This document shows positions 1 to 9,811 of a DNA stretch of 64,000 nucleotides, piece after piece (position 1 is the stretch's first letter; every line of letters starts with the position of its first letter). Location of the stretch: positions 26,674 through 90,673 of the forward strand of contig CAZWWE010000004.1 in assembly GCA_964637295.1 (NCBI GenBank), in the 5' to 3' direction. The position numbers and the translations under genes are program-made. Under the pieces are notes generated by a model, which was given only the letters and a program-made list of their open reading frames with translations, had not been told where the DNA came from and searched no databases. The DNA is from an uncultured Pseudomonadales bacterium (GTDB taxonomy: Bacteria; Patescibacteriota; Microgenomatia; UBA1400; PJMF01).

Positions 1-1600
1 TCCAGAAAAAATCACTTTGTATTTGACTGGTCGAGTTGAACAAATTGAGGCAGACAAAAAATTAATTGCAGGTCTAGAAATGATGTCTAATCACGATCAG
101 GCTAGCATTAAATTAAGTTCTTTTGTCGATTTATGCAAAGGGCCTCATGTCGCTAAAATTTCGGAAATTAAAGCTTTTAAATTACTTAGTATTGCTGGTG
201 CTTATTGGCGAGGAGACGAGAAAAATAAAATGCTCACCCGTATTTATGGCACGGCTTTCGCTTCACAAGCAGAGCTAGATGACTTTTTAGCTAAGAAAAA
301 GTTAGCTGAAGAACGTAATCATCGCAAAATTGGTAAAGAAATGGAGCTTTTTGCCATCATTCCCGAAATCGGACAGGGTTTGCCGGTGTGGTTGCCCAAT
401 GGTTATGCGATGCGCAGAGTCTTGGAAAATTACATGATGAAGATGGAGCGACGCTTCGGGTACGTTCACATTTTGACCCCTCATTTAAATAAAAAAGAAT
501 TGTTTGAAACATCAGGACATTTGGGATTTTATGCAGACAGTATGTATCCAAGTTTAAGCTATGAAGAAAAAGATGATTCGGGCAAAATTATAGGTCAAAA
601 TGAAGTCTATTATCCCAAGCCGATGAATTGTCCAGCCGGAATGATGGTCTACAAACTGAAAAGTCATAGCTATCGTGAGCTACCAATTAAAATGGGCGAG
701 TTCGGCACGGTTTACCGTCGCGAAAAATCTGGTGAACTGCACGGTTTGCAAAGAGTCCGTGGTTTTACGCAAAATGATGCTCATATTTTTTGTACGCCTG
801 AGCAACTCAAAGATCAGTTTAAAGAAGTGATGAAAATGTTGGATCTTTTTTACAAAGATATGGGTTTTGATAATTATCATTTCCGTCTTTCAATTTCTGA
901 TCCAGATAAAGAGAAATTCAAAGCTTGTGGCAAGCGTAGTGATTGGGAAAAAGCGGAAAACATCATGCGCGAAATTCTCAACGAGGCTGGCGTCGAATAT
1001 ACGGAGGCCAAAGGTGAGGCGGCTTTTTACGGTCCTAAACTTGATGTGCAAGCGGTCAACGTTTTTGGTAAAGAAGATAGTATCTCGACTATTCAAGTGG
1101 ACTTCAACTTACCAGAACGTTTTGACATCACTTATGTGGATGAAAAAGGTGAAAAGCAACGCCCTTTTGTCATTCATCGTGCTTTGATTGGCTCGTTTGA
1201 ACGTTTCTTTGCTTTCTTAATTGAGCAGCACGGTGGTGATTTTCCAGTTTGGTTTGCTCCAGTGCAGGTGAGAGTTCTGCCCATCGCTGATCGTCATTTA
1301 GAATATGCACAAAAAGTTATGAATCAGTTATTGGATAAAGACGTCAGAGTAGAAATTGATGACCGCTCCGAGCGTTTACAGGCCAAAATTCGTGCCAGCG
1401 AAGTTGCCAGAGTGCCATTAATGCTGATTATTGGCGACAGCGAAATTGCAGCCAATAAAATTGGCGTGCGCGTGCGTGGCAGCGCTCGCGAAAGAGCAGA
1501 AGAATTGATCAAAAATGGTGAACTTAAAGCAGTTCTAAGTCAAAGTGGCGATTTAGGTGCACAAGATTTGAGTTTGTTAGGTAAGTTTTTGAAGAAATAA
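1..1600 (+). CDS. thrS: Threonine--tRNA ligase (5' truncated by window)
   Basis: [51 protein letters not shown] motifs; frame open back to base 2. Confidence 0.97.
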   Translation, partial: PEKITLYLTGRVEQIEADKKLIAGLEMMSNHDQASIKLSSFVDLCKGPHVAKISEIKAFKLLSIAGAYWRGDEKNKMLTRIYGTAFASQAELDDFLAKKKLAEERNHRKIGKEMELFAIIPEIGQGLPVWLPNGYAMRRVLENYMMKMERRFGYVHILTPHLNKKELFETSGHLGFYADSMYPSLSYEEKDDSGKIIGQNEVYYPKPMNCPAGMMVYKLKSHSYRELPIKMGEFGTVYRREKSGELHGLQRVRGFTQNDAHIFCTPEQLKDQFKEVMKMLDLFYKDMGFDNYHFRLSISDPDKEKFKACGKRSDWEKAENIMREILNEAGVEYTEAKGEAAFYGPKLDVQAVNVFGKEDSISTIQVDFNLPERFDITYVDEKGEKQRPFVIHRALIGSFERFFAFLIEQHGGDFPVWFAPVQVRVLPIADRHLEYAQKVMNQLLDKDVRVEIDDRSERLQAKIRASEVARVPLMLIIGDSEIAANKIGVRVRGSARERAEELIKNGELKAVLSQSGDLGAQDLSLLGKFLKK

Positions 1601-1605
1601 ACTGT

Positions 1606-1830
1606 TTACTTAGAATCTCTCATCACAAATTGATGCAAGATGGACGAAGCTAGAGTTTGATAAGGAATGCCAGTATCAATGGCTTTGGCTTTCAATTTCA
1701 GTAGAACTTTTTCTGACAAACGAATGTTAATATTTTTACTTTTATTGAGAGTGGCAGCGGCGTATTTTTGATATTTATCTAAGTCAGTTTTGATTTCGAC
1801 AAATTCATCATTTTTAAAATCGATTTAGTT
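1606..1830 (-). pseudogene. Remnant of CopG/BrnA-like antitoxin
   Basis: Minus strand reads DFKNDEFVEIK...KNINIRLSEKVLLKLKAKAIDTGIPYQTLASSILHQFV, similar to ORFs 35757-36062 and 4510-4788; in-frame TAA just upstream, no start codon and no toxin gene. Confidence 0.8.
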
Positions 1831-1869
1831 CTTTTTTTTATCTTGTATTGTGGGAAAATATATCTAATT

Positions 1870-2631
1870 ATGGAAAAACTTTCACAACTTTTGGCTACTA
1901 AAACTAAAGCAAGCATTGATGGTCAAGAACCATCTTTGAGGAATTTGCTTTCAAGAGCTTTCATCGGCAAACTTGAGGGCAAACAACGAAGTCTTCAAGA
2001 CTTATTATTAGAGGGTCGGCAATTAATTACACAACATGGACAGTGGACATCAGTGCTTAATGAGCACTCATACGAAAGAAGGAACTTAAGCTCTGAAGGC
2101 AAAGAACAATTTTACACCGAAGTTCAAGGTCCATATGGCAATCCTTTTTTTATTATTGAGCGGAGTAAAGCTTTTGCTTTGCCAGCTGATCTCAATTATG
2201 TTAACGCTCGTAATGAAACAGTTAATCCTAGCGATATGACTTTTAAATACAAAGATCTTGAGGGTAAAGAAGTAATTGCGCAGCACCAAATTGGCGGTAT
2301 TATTTGTCAAAGTGCTGAGCCTGATAAAGACGATCCAAGATTTAGTTTATCCAATCCTAATTTTATTGAGATTGCCGAGGGAGATACTTTAGAAAACAAA
2401 CCTTTTGTTGATGGGAAAGGCAAGCCGATAACTTACTGGCAAAAAACCGTTGATGGGATCAGAACCTTTCAAACAATCAATGGTCAGCGACAAGACAGGC
2501 AATGGTATTTGCAAGTCTTATTTTTAAAAGATAAAAATAGATTTGGTAATTTTGATGCTTATTATTCATTAACTAAACCAGAGCAGGTGAGAATTTTAGA
2601 ATTAGCAGACATTAATTTTAACAAGGTTTAG
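1870..2631 (+). CDS. Hypothetical protein
   Basis: Long ORF, ATG at 1870 preferred; no recognised motif. Confidence 0.7.
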   Translation: MEKLSQLLATKTKASIDGQEPSLRNLLSRAFIGKLEGKQRSLQDLLLEGRQLITQHGQWTSVLNEHSYERRNLSSEGKEQFYTEVQGPYGNPFFIIERSKAFALPADLNYVNARNETVNPSDMTFKYKDLEGKEVIAQHQIGGIICQSAEPDKDDPRFSLSNPNFIEIAEGDTLENKPFVDGKGKPITYWQKTVDGIRTFQTINGQRQDRQWYLQVLFLKDKNRFGNFDAYYSLTKPEQVRILELADINFNKV

Positions 2632-2658
2632 CTGCTAATGATCTTATCATTGGTTTTT

Positions 2659-2690
2659 AAAACCCGCCTCTTCAGGCGGGTTTTCTTTTC
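2659..2690. terminator. Bidirectional intrinsic terminator
   Basis: aaaacccgcct-cttc-aggcgggtttt between convergent genes. Confidence 0.85.
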
Positions 2691-2708
2691 ACATTTCAAA
2701 AGCAGAAA

Positions 2709-3452
2709 TTATTCTTCTGCACTGTCGTCAACTAAGACTTTGATGCCTGGGCCCATGCTAGGAGCAATCACCAATTTAAGGATTTTGCCTTTGAGAGCCT
2801 TAACCAAAGTTTCGATGTTGGCAACTAAATCAGCACTGCTCATATCGGTTTTACCAATAATTAAGTGCATCAGAGGAGCCTTTTTCTCAGTTTTGAGGTT
2901 AAATTTACCAGCTTCCAGTTCTTTTTTCTTGAGCTCTGGATTTGGGGTCAAAGTGCCATTTTTTGGATTTGGCATTAAGCCCTTTGGTCCCAAAACTTTA
3001 GCAAATTTAGCCAATTTAGGCATAAATTCTGGATGAGCGACTAAAATATCAAAGTCAATTTTACCAGCCTCGATGTTGCTCAAAACTTCCGCATCAACGA
3101 TGGTGACTTTAACACTTTGACCAGTAGAGTGAGGTAGAGCCAAGTTAACGCTATCACCAACTTCTCTAACCACGATGTGGGCTTCAACTGAACCGACAAA
3201 ACGACTGTAGGAGAGTTTTTTGACCAGCTCAACAGCTTCTTTGATTGGATAAAGTTTGCTTTTGTCCAATTTGGCGCGGACGGCTTGATATTTCTTGCCA
3301 CGTACTTTTTTGGCTTTAACAGCTTTTTTTTCTACTTTTGCTTCAGTACTTGCTTCAACAGCAGCTTCAGAAGCAGAGGTTTCTTCTGGATTGGCGACGA
3401 CTTTGACTTCAGTTTCAGTTTGAGTCATGTCGACATTTTTTTTGCTTCCCAT
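2709..3452 (-). CDS. rplA: 50S ribosomal protein L1
   Basis: LPHSTG, LGPKGLMPNPKNGT, SMGPGI. Confidence 0.97.
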   Translation of the reverse strand: MGSKKNVDMTQTETEVKVVANPEETSASEAAVEASTEAKVEKKAVKAKKVRGKKYQAVRAKLDKSKLYPIKEAVELVKKLSYSRFVGSVEAHIVVREVGDSVNLALPHSTGQSVKVTIVDAEVLSNIEAGKIDFDILVAHPEFMPKLAKFAKVLGPKGLMPNPKNGTLTPNPELKKKELEAGKFNLKTEKKAPLMHLIIGKTDMSSADLVANIETLVKALKGKILKLVIAPSMGPGIKVLVDDSAEE

Positions 3453-3467
3453 ATTTTTTGCTTTCTA

Positions 3468-3505
3468 GTGGTTATAGCGGCTCGGGTAAAGGATCAGCCT
3501 CCCAC
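3468..3505 (-). promoter_or_regulatory. L1-binding autoregulatory RNA element
   Basis: GTGGGAGGCT...AGCCGCTATAACCAC between rplK and rplA matches the Firmicutes-type L1 operator as I recall it. Confidence 0.8.
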
Positions 3506-3528
3506 CTTAATAATTTTTATAACGCGAA

Positions 3529-3951
3529 TTAAACTATGTCGATCCCCATTGATTTGGCAGAACCGATGACGCTTTGCATAGCGGAGTCAAGATTCTTAGT
3601 ATTCATGTCAGGCATTTTTTTCTCGGCAATGGCTTTGACTTGATCCATAGTTAATTTGGCTTTATTGTCTTTACCAGCAGTGGCGCTACCAGTTTTTAAT
3701 TTCAAAGTTTGTTTGATCAAATCTGAAACTGGAGGTAATTTCAAGACAAAAGAGAAAGAATTATTTTCGAAAACAGTAATCTCTGCTGGAATTACTTGAC
3801 CTTTTTGGTCAGCAGTTTGAGCATTATACTGTTTGAGAAAATCCATCATGTTGATACCGGCCTGACCTAAAATAGGACCGACTGGAGGAGCTGGGGTTGC
3901 CACGCCAGCTGGAAGATTTAGTTTTAAGACTGTTTTTATTTTTTTAGCCAT
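3529..3951 (-). CDS. rplK: 50S ribosomal protein L11
   Basis: ATPAPPVGPILGQAG, KMPDMN, GSAKSMG. Confidence 0.98.
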   Translation of the reverse strand: MAKKIKTVLKLNLPAGVATPAPPVGPILGQAGINMMDFLKQYNAQTADQKGQVIPAEITVFENNSFSFVLKLPPVSDLIKQTLKLKTGSATAGKDNKAKLTMDQVKAIAEKKMPDMNTKNLDSAMQSVIGSAKSMGIDIV

Positions 3952-3959
3952 TCAAGTTC

Positions 3960-4040
3960 GCGATTTGATTTTTCTCCTCAGTTATCTCTTGAGCGAAGAC
4001 GTTCGCTCAGGTGATAAAATGCCTCGAAAAATTAAATCGC
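3960..4040 (-). repeat. Hairpin repeat family A, copy 1 (81 nt)
   Basis: 15-bp terminal inverted repeat (1 mismatch) around a core shared with 59933-60163. Confidence 0.8.
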
Positions 4041-4232
4041 TCCTTTCATTTATTCATTAATTGATTCAATTTTTTTTCTTCAAGATAAAAATTTGAGAAG
4101 CGTGGGCCCTAATCCACCAAATTTTTCTTTCGAAGAAGGGTATTATAGCATGAAAGATCCTGAGGTTAAATTCTAATTAGTTATTGTCATTAATTATTGA
4201 CAAAAGAGTTAAATGTAGTGTATGGTATATAC

Positions 4233-4535
4233 ATGAATGTTTGGCAATCACCAGTGAAATTTGAATGGGATCAATGGAACATTGTCAAAAATCGCAAGCA
4301 TGGACTAGAAACAAGTGAGATAGAAGAAGTATTTTTTGGCAGAAAAAAACTATTGGCAATTGATTACAAACACAATCAAGCTGAATCGAGATATATTTTA
4401 ATTGGATGTAGCCAGCGCGGTCGTTGGCTCTACGTAGTTTTTACTATGCGAGGAGAGAATATTAGAGTAATTTCTGCCAGGTATATGCATCACAAGGAGG
4501 TCAAAAAATATGAAAAAACCATTACAAATACCTAA
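4233..4535 (+). CDS. BrnT family toxin
   Basis: FEWDQWNIVKNRKHG...ESRY...IRVISAR; TTGACA-18-TATGGT ends 6 nt before the ATG. Confidence 0.9.
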   Translation: MNVWQSPVKFEWDQWNIVKNRKHGLETSEIEEVFFGRKKLLAIDYKHNQAESRYILIGCSQRGRWLYVVFTMRGENIRVISARYMHHKEVKKYEKTITNT

Positions 4536-4788
4536 ATTTAAAACCGCACAAGAAGAACACGATTATTGGTACGAGTTGGATTTAACAAAACATTTTGAAC
4601 CAGAGGATTTTAAGCAGGTTGTTTTTCCAAATCTTAAGCCAACCAGTCAGCCCATATCGATTCGGATGCCAGAACATTTACTTGCGAGACTCAAAGAAAA
4701 AGCCAATGCTCTTAATGTGCCTTATCAAGTTTTAATGAAACAATACTTAGAAAGAGGCCTCTTGTTAAGTGATAAAGAAGGAATGTAG
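4510..4788 (+). CDS. BrnA/CopG-like antitoxin
   Basis: IPKFKT..EE..YW, ISIRMP...LKEKA...VPYQ RHH tail; overlaps the toxin. Confidence 0.88.
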   Translation: MKKPLQIPKFKTAQEEHDYWYELDLTKHFEPEDFKQVVFPNLKPTSQPISIRMPEHLLARLKEKANALNVPYQVLMKQYLERGLLLSDKEGM

Positions 4789-4815
4789 ATCGTAGATAGT
4801 TCTTATTTCTCTCAA

Positions 4816-5436
4816 TTATACTTTTTTAACCTGCAGGAAATCTAATTCCACTGGGGTTTCGCGACCGAAGATATTGAGAAGAACAGTGACTTTGCCTTTT
4901 TCTTCGTCAATTTTGTCAACACTGCCCAAGAAGTCATTAAATGGTCCATCGACCACTTTGACGGCTTCACCTTCCACAAAATCAGCTTTGTAAGAAGCTT
5001 CGCCCGATTGTTCAGTGTATTTCATAATCGCTTCGACTTCACTTTTTGGCAGAGGAGTAGGCTTGCTGCTCATGCCGACGAAGCCAGTGACGCCATCGGT
5101 AGTACGAATGGCGAGCCAAGCGTCATCAGTCATTTCCAATTTGACCAACATATATCCTGGAAAAATTTTCTCACTCACAGTTTTTCTTTGTCCACGACGG
5201 ATTTGAATTTTATCTTGAGTAGGAATTAAGACTTGAATAATTTTGTCAGTCAAGTGTAAAGTTTGTGCACGTTGTTTGAGAGCTTCGGCGATTTTCTTCT
5301 CGTGGCCAGAGTAAACGTGAACCACATACCAACGAGCTTTCTTGTTATCTACTTCGGAAATATTGACCAAGTTGGGAGACTGAACTCTGACTTCTTGGAC
5401 TTCTGGTACTTCTGGAACTTGATTTTGATCTGTCAT
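4816..5436 (-). CDS. nusG: Transcription factor NusG
   Basis: WYVVHVYSGHE, FPGY, GPFNDF, IFGRETPVEL. Confidence 0.98.
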   Translation of the reverse strand: MTDQNQVPEVPEVQEVRVQSPNLVNISEVDNKKARWYVVHVYSGHEKKIAEALKQRAQTLHLTDKIIQVLIPTQDKIQIRRGQRKTVSEKIFPGYMLVKLEMTDDAWLAIRTTDGVTGFVGMSSKPTPLPKSEVEAIMKYTEQSGEASYKADFVEGEAVKVVDGPFNDFLGSVDKIDEEKGKVTVLLNIFGRETPVELDFLQVKKV

Positions 5437-5446
5437 AGAAAAGGTA

Positions 5447-5629
5447 TTATATCAGAATTCCCATGATTTTTTGTAAGAGAAAATCAATGCCGCCTAGATA
5501 TAGAGCGAGCAGGGCAGCCACTAAAACAACTAGTAAAGTCATGTTTTTGGTAGTGATTTTACTTGGCCAAGTGGTTTGTTTTAATTCAACGATGACCTCG
5601 CGAAAATATTGGCTAATTTTGTTTGACAT
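5447..5629 (-). CDS. secE: Preprotein translocase SecE
   Basis: ELKQTTWPS plus one TM helix, upstream of nusG. Confidence 0.95.
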   Translation of the reverse strand: MSNKISQYFREVIVELKQTTWPSKITTKNMTLLVVLVAALLALYLGGIDFLLQKIMGILI

Positions 5630-5697
5630 AAAGTAAGCGACTTTTTAATTAAGGGCCAATTCTATCTTTAATTGGTGTTTTTTTCAAGTTTAAGCTC

Positions 5698-7704
5698 TTA
5701 AAATTGTAATGGTGTATTTTTTGGAATATCAATTTTTTCACTTGAGTGATTATCGTTTTCTGTTTTTGTTGCAACTGCTTGTTTGTTTGCTGAGTCACTT
5801 TGCCAGGGATTTTTTTTAGCTTGCAAAATTGCTAGAGTCATCAAAAATAAGGCAAACAACAATATGGCGCCGATCACTGCAAGCCATTGCCAAGAAAAAT
5901 TCGTCATGAGATTACGCCACAAATTAGTAGCAAAACTCGCTTGTTCTTGATTTGATTCTGCAGACGCGCTTTCAGTTTTTTTAGTTGTGCTTAGCTGTGC
6001 GCTGTTAGTGCTAGCAGTATTGATACTGCTACTTTGGCTAGCATTGCTTGATTCTGCTGAATTAATGATGCAGGTGGCAGATTCTGGATTATCTGCTAAG
6101 CGACAACTACCCCTATAACAGCGTAAGCCAGCATTGCAATCGCGATTATTATTGCATCCTTGATTACAGCTATAAGTGGTCAAATCATAAGCTTCGCTCG
6201 GCAATAATACAATTTTTCCAGCTGCATCAGTGAAAGTACTGTTAATTTTCGTGTTGACGACATTGGTCGTCACTTCTTTATTTTTAGTAACGGTGACATC
6301 GCAAGTGGTGCTTTCTAAATTATTGAAACTACGACAACGATTCCAAAAACAAGTTAAGCCAACAGCGCAATCAGTGTTACTGGCGCAATATTGGTTACAG
6401 CTTAAATCTCTGCTTTTAATTCCTGGAGTAGCTAAACAGAGCTGGTTGGTGGGATTGCTTTGTTGACGGCAGGCTCCTTCGTAGCAAATTAATCCAGGCG
6501 CACACTTTTTGCTTTGATCACTAGCTTGATCGCAAGCATCATTGCAATTTTTATATTTGCTTTGGTCACCGCTACAATAAGTAATGTAATAACGTGCAGC
6601 GGAGATGTGCTGGCCACCTTTTTTAGTGCTATAGAGACGGAAAAAATATTCTGTATTCGGCTCAAAACTTAATGGCCCTTTGTTGCCAGTGGCATGAGTA
6701 AAATCTTTTGCATTGACCATCAACCATTCATCTTGACGTTGATCTATATTGCCTGAGACTTTTTTGTGATAAAAATCGTTAAAATTGGGGCTATTGCTGA
6801 CGTCAATATAGCTTACGTCTTCATACTGATCTTCACTCCAGATAATATAAAGTGAAGCGCCATTGCTTGGCTGATTGAGACAGCGATCATTGGAATAGAG
6901 ATAAAAATAGCGATTATCCGCGTTAATTGTTTTTTTATCACTGCATTTGCGACTTAATTCTTCTAAAGTCTCTTTTTCATACCAATAACACTTGTCTGGT
7001 TGTACAGTATATTTTCTAGTTTGCCAGCCATTGTCGCAATCACTCCAGGCGGTGTAGTCATAATAACACTGAGCGCGATCAACTCCGTTTGCAGTGACAT
7101 AATACTGAAAATCCAAAACCGAAGGTTTTTGTAAAATATCTGCTGCATTATCTTGCTGTAAAACTTCACTGTCTTGGCTAATTTTTACTTTTACGCTGCC
7201 TTCTTTTTGTGGAGTGAAACTTAATTCAGCAAGAGTTTGCATTTGGTCATGAGTGCTGAAAGCTTGAGCCGGATCTTTTAGTTCTAAAAGTAGGTGGGCA
7301 GTAAAGCAATTTTTTTCACACAGGCTCTCCGTGATTTCTTGTTTACTAATTTTAAAAGCAGCGGGCAGAGTGCCGGTAAATTTGATTTGATTTTTATCAA
7401 ACAAACCTTTGTCAGCAATAATTTCAAAAATCAATTCCACTTGTTTAATAGTTTTTGTTTTGGTATTGATTTGTAATTTAATTTTTTGTTCTTCTTTAAC
7501 TTTCAGAGTGCTTTGGTTGAAAGGATAAGTATTAAGCTCAGCTAAACCACTATCTACCATCGCTGCTTTTCTGGTGTCAAAATCAACTTGTGCAATTTGT
7601 TTTTGCATGAACATCACGGCAAAAAGAGCGATGCTGCTGACTAAAAAAACAGCCAAGAAACCAAATAGAGCTAAGTAATTACGACTTCTTTTTTTGTGAG
7701 GCAT
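5698..7704 (-). CDS. Membrane-anchored Cys-rich surface protein
   Basis: N- and C-terminal TM helices, WSDC..GWQTR motif, three 6-Cys repeats, Ser/Thr-rich stalk. Confidence 0.8.
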   Translation of the reverse strand: MPHKKRSRNYLALFGFLAVFLVSSIALFAVMFMQKQIAQVDFDTRKAAMVDSGLAELNTYPFNQSTLKVKEEQKIKLQINTKTKTIKQVELIFEIIADKGLFDKNQIKFTGTLPAAFKISKQEITESLCEKNCFTAHLLLELKDPAQAFSTHDQMQTLAELSFTPQKEGSVKVKISQDSEVLQQDNAADILQKPSVLDFQYYVTANGVDRAQCYYDYTAWSDCDNGWQTRKYTVQPDKCYWYEKETLEELSRKCSDKKTINADNRYFYLYSNDRCLNQPSNGASLYIIWSEDQYEDVSYIDVSNSPNFNDFYHKKVSGNIDQRQDEWLMVNAKDFTHATGNKGPLSFEPNTEYFFRLYSTKKGGQHISAARYYITYCSGDQSKYKNCNDACDQASDQSKKCAPGLICYEGACRQQSNPTNQLCLATPGIKSRDLSCNQYCASNTDCAVGLTCFWNRCRSFNNLESTTCDVTVTKNKEVTTNVVNTKINSTFTDAAGKIVLLPSEAYDLTTYSCNQGCNNNRDCNAGLRCYRGSCRLADNPESATCIINSAESSNASQSSSINTASTNSAQLSTTKKTESASAESNQEQASFATNLWRNLMTNFSWQWLAVIGAILLFALFLMTLAILQAKKNPWQSDSANKQAVATKTENDNHSSEKIDIPKNTPLQF

Positions 7705-7814
7705 AATACCAGCATAACTGATTGTTTGTTCTCGGGTCAAGTAGGTCGTGACTTAAGTTGCTGTAGCTTGTGCTATACTTTTAGAACCTGAGATAAAGAA
7801 AGGGAGACTTTTTT

Positions 7815-8726
7815 ATGACAGAAAAATTGGTACGCAAGGCAATTATCGCTGATGCTGGTTTTGCCAGTCGTTATTTGCCCATCACCAAAACTATTCCCAA
7901 AGCGATGTTGCCGATGGGCAATCGACCAATTATGCAATTCGTAATCGAAGAATGTGTGCAGGCTGCGATTGAAGAAATCATTATTGTGGCCACTCCAGAG
8001 GGCAAACCTATTTACGAGGACTATTTCAACAACAATGTCAATCGTATTCGCAAACAATTGGCAGCTCAGGGCAAAGAAGATCGCTATGAACCCGTGCAAC
8101 AAGTTTTGAATTATCCAAAAATTACAGTGATCACTCAGGATCTGAGCTTGCCATATGGCAATGGTTCGCCTTTTGCTTCTGCCAAGGCTTTCGTGGAAAA
8201 TGAAGAAGCTTTCTTGGCTATCTACAGCGATGATGTGGTTTTTGGCAATCCTAGTGCTGCCAAAACTCTAGTCGATACTTATCATTTATATAATGACGCT
8301 GATGCCATTATCATGGTGGAAGAATTGCCAATTCAAGAAATGAATAAGTATGCCGCCGTTTCTTTGCGCGATGGAGAATATCGAGAAGGTCAAGAAAACA
8401 TTTTGGCGGGCATTGTCGAAAAACCCAAAGTTGAAGAGGCGCCTAGCAATTTAGCTTCTTACGGTCGTTATTTGTTGACACCAGCAATTTTTGAGCATCT
8501 AACCGCCAGCGCTACTGGCAAAGATGGCGAGTTATGGACTGCTGATGCCATTGGCAAGTTAAATGAAGCCGGAGCCAAAGTCTTGGTGGCTAAAAATAAT
8601 AGTAAATGGATGACTACTGGTGATCCAGAAAATTATTTTAAAGCTCATCTCAAATTTGTCATCGAAAATGAAAAATACGGTCACAAAGTTAAGGCTTGGG
8701 TTGAAGAAATTTCTGCTCAGATTTAG
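7815..8726 (+). CDS. galU: UTP-glucose-1-phosphate uridylyltransferase-like sugar nucleotidyltransferase
   Basis: AGFASRYLPITKTIPKAMLP, VEKP, GRYLLTP. Confidence 0.85.
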   Translation: MTEKLVRKAIIADAGFASRYLPITKTIPKAMLPMGNRPIMQFVIEECVQAAIEEIIIVATPEGKPIYEDYFNNNVNRIRKQLAAQGKEDRYEPVQQVLNYPKITVITQDLSLPYGNGSPFASAKAFVENEEAFLAIYSDDVVFGNPSAAKTLVDTYHLYNDADAIIMVEELPIQEMNKYAAVSLRDGEYREGQENILAGIVEKPKVEEAPSNLASYGRYLLTPAIFEHLTASATGKDGELWTADAIGKLNEAGAKVLVAKNNSKWMTTGDPENYFKAHLKFVIENEKYGHKVKAWVEEISAQI

Positions 8727-9045
8727 ATTAAGCCGAGCGCAAATGATTTTTTATTATAGCAATTTTGCCAGTGAAATTACAGGTTTATTTTTTTGCACCA
8801 AAACTTAAAATAAATCATAATCGCTCTTTAACTCCACTTTCTTTTGCAGGAAAGTCAAGCAATGTTTTTCCTCAACAGCTCTTTTAAGGGCTTATGGAAG
8901 TATTTTGTTTTCGTGGAAACAGAATCTTCTTGCCCACCTCGTTTTTTTCGGGGAAAGAGGCTTGCTTTTCTGCAAAGGGGAGTGGAATTTAATATTTAGC
9001 AAAAAAAGCTCACTGAATTTTCGTCTGTATTTTCCCCAGTTTTTC

Positions 9046-9166
9046 AATTCGCTTTGCATCTTTTGTACCAGCTGCTTTTTGTTTTGCAAAAAGACAGGGT
9101 CCGAAATTCGCTTTGCATCTTTCGTACCAGCTGCTTTTTGTTTTGCAAAAAGACAGGGTCCGAAAT
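9046..9166 (+). repeat. 59-bp direct tandem duplication
   Basis: aattcgctttgcatcttt(t/c)gtaccagctgctttttgttttgcaaaaagacagggtccga occurs twice with 1 mismatch. Confidence 0.92.
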
Positions 9167-9171
9167 ATAAT
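9143..9171 (+). promoter_or_regulatory. Sigma70 promoter of tRNA operon
   Basis: TTGCAA-17-TATAAT ending 16 nt before tRNA-Thr. Confidence 0.75.
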
Positions 9172-9187
9172 ACAGAATGTCTATTTT

Positions 9188-9260
9188 GCCTTTGTAGCTC
9201 AGTCGGTAGAGCGCAGTCTTGGTAAGACTGAGGTCTCGGGTTCGATCCCCGACGAAGGCT
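9188..9260 (+). tRNA. tRNA-Thr(GGT)
   Basis: Cloverleaf; anticodon arm cagtc-tt GGT aa-gactg. Confidence 0.96.
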
Positions 9261-9294
9261 CACGGTTTGGTGTTTAAGCGCACCGCCTAAAATA

Positions 9295-9376
9295 GCCAAG
9301 GTACTCAAGTGGTCAACGAGGGTAGTCTGTAAAACTACTGGCTTAGCCTACGAAGGTTCGAACCCTTCCCTTGGCA
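9295..9376 (+). tRNA. tRNA-Tyr(GTA)
   Basis: Cloverleaf with variable arm; gtagt-ct GTA aa-actac. Confidence 0.96.
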
Positions 9377-9403
9377 CATTAAAGGGGCAATGTGGGGAAA
9401 AAC

Positions 9404-9477
9404 GCCCCCCTAGCTCAATTGGTTAGAGCACCTGTTTTGTAAACAGGAGGTTCCGGGTTCGATCCCCGGGGGTGGCT
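9404..9477 (+). tRNA. tRNA-Thr(TGT)
   Basis: Cloverleaf; cctgt-tt TGT aa-acagg; one C-U mismatch in the acceptor stem. Confidence 0.94.
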
Positions 9478-9529
9478 CAAAGAGGCTGACTCTTAAAATA
9501 ATCATAAAGTATGTTAAAATAACAAATCT

Positions 9530-9733
9530 ATGGCAAGTAAGAAAAAAGGTCCCAGACAAGCAATCGGTTTACAATGTAGTGTTTGTAATGCCTTTGGCTA
9601 CGTCAGTGAATACAACAAAAACAACGAAACTCTTAAAAAGCAAACTTCAGGCGAGGGTAGTTTTCCCTTGAGCAAGTACTGTAAAGTTTGTAAGAAACAC
9701 ACTCCTCATAAATTGATGAAGAAATTGAAGTAA
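9530..9733 (+). CDS. rpmG: 50S ribosomal protein L33
   Basis: LQCSVC...KYCKVCKKHTPH. Confidence 0.92.
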   Translation: MASKKKGPRQAIGLQCSVCNAFGYVSEYNKNNETLKKQTSGEGSFPLSKYCKVCKKHTPHKLMKKLK

Positions 9734-9768
9734 AAACATCTCGAGGCCTTACGGTCGAGATATTTTTG
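9733..9768 (+). terminator. Terminator-like hairpin after rpmG
   Basis: atctcga...tcgagat followed by a T-tract. Confidence 0.55.
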
Positions 9769-9811
9769 TTTCGCTTACTTAAACGTGGATCTCTTGAAAT
9801 AATTTCTTTTT

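Noticed and set aside
3960-4040. Hammerhead ribozyme (CTGAGGA-GAAA on minus strand; CTGAAGA-GAAA in the dnaB copies)
   Set aside because: No stem II between CUGANGA and GAAA, and no correctly placed NUH; better explained as a purine-rich internal loop
8892-9308. ORFs 8892-9308(-), 8905-9225(+) and 11970-12182(-)
   Set aside because: They overlap tRNA genes or the 59-bp duplication; shadow ORFs
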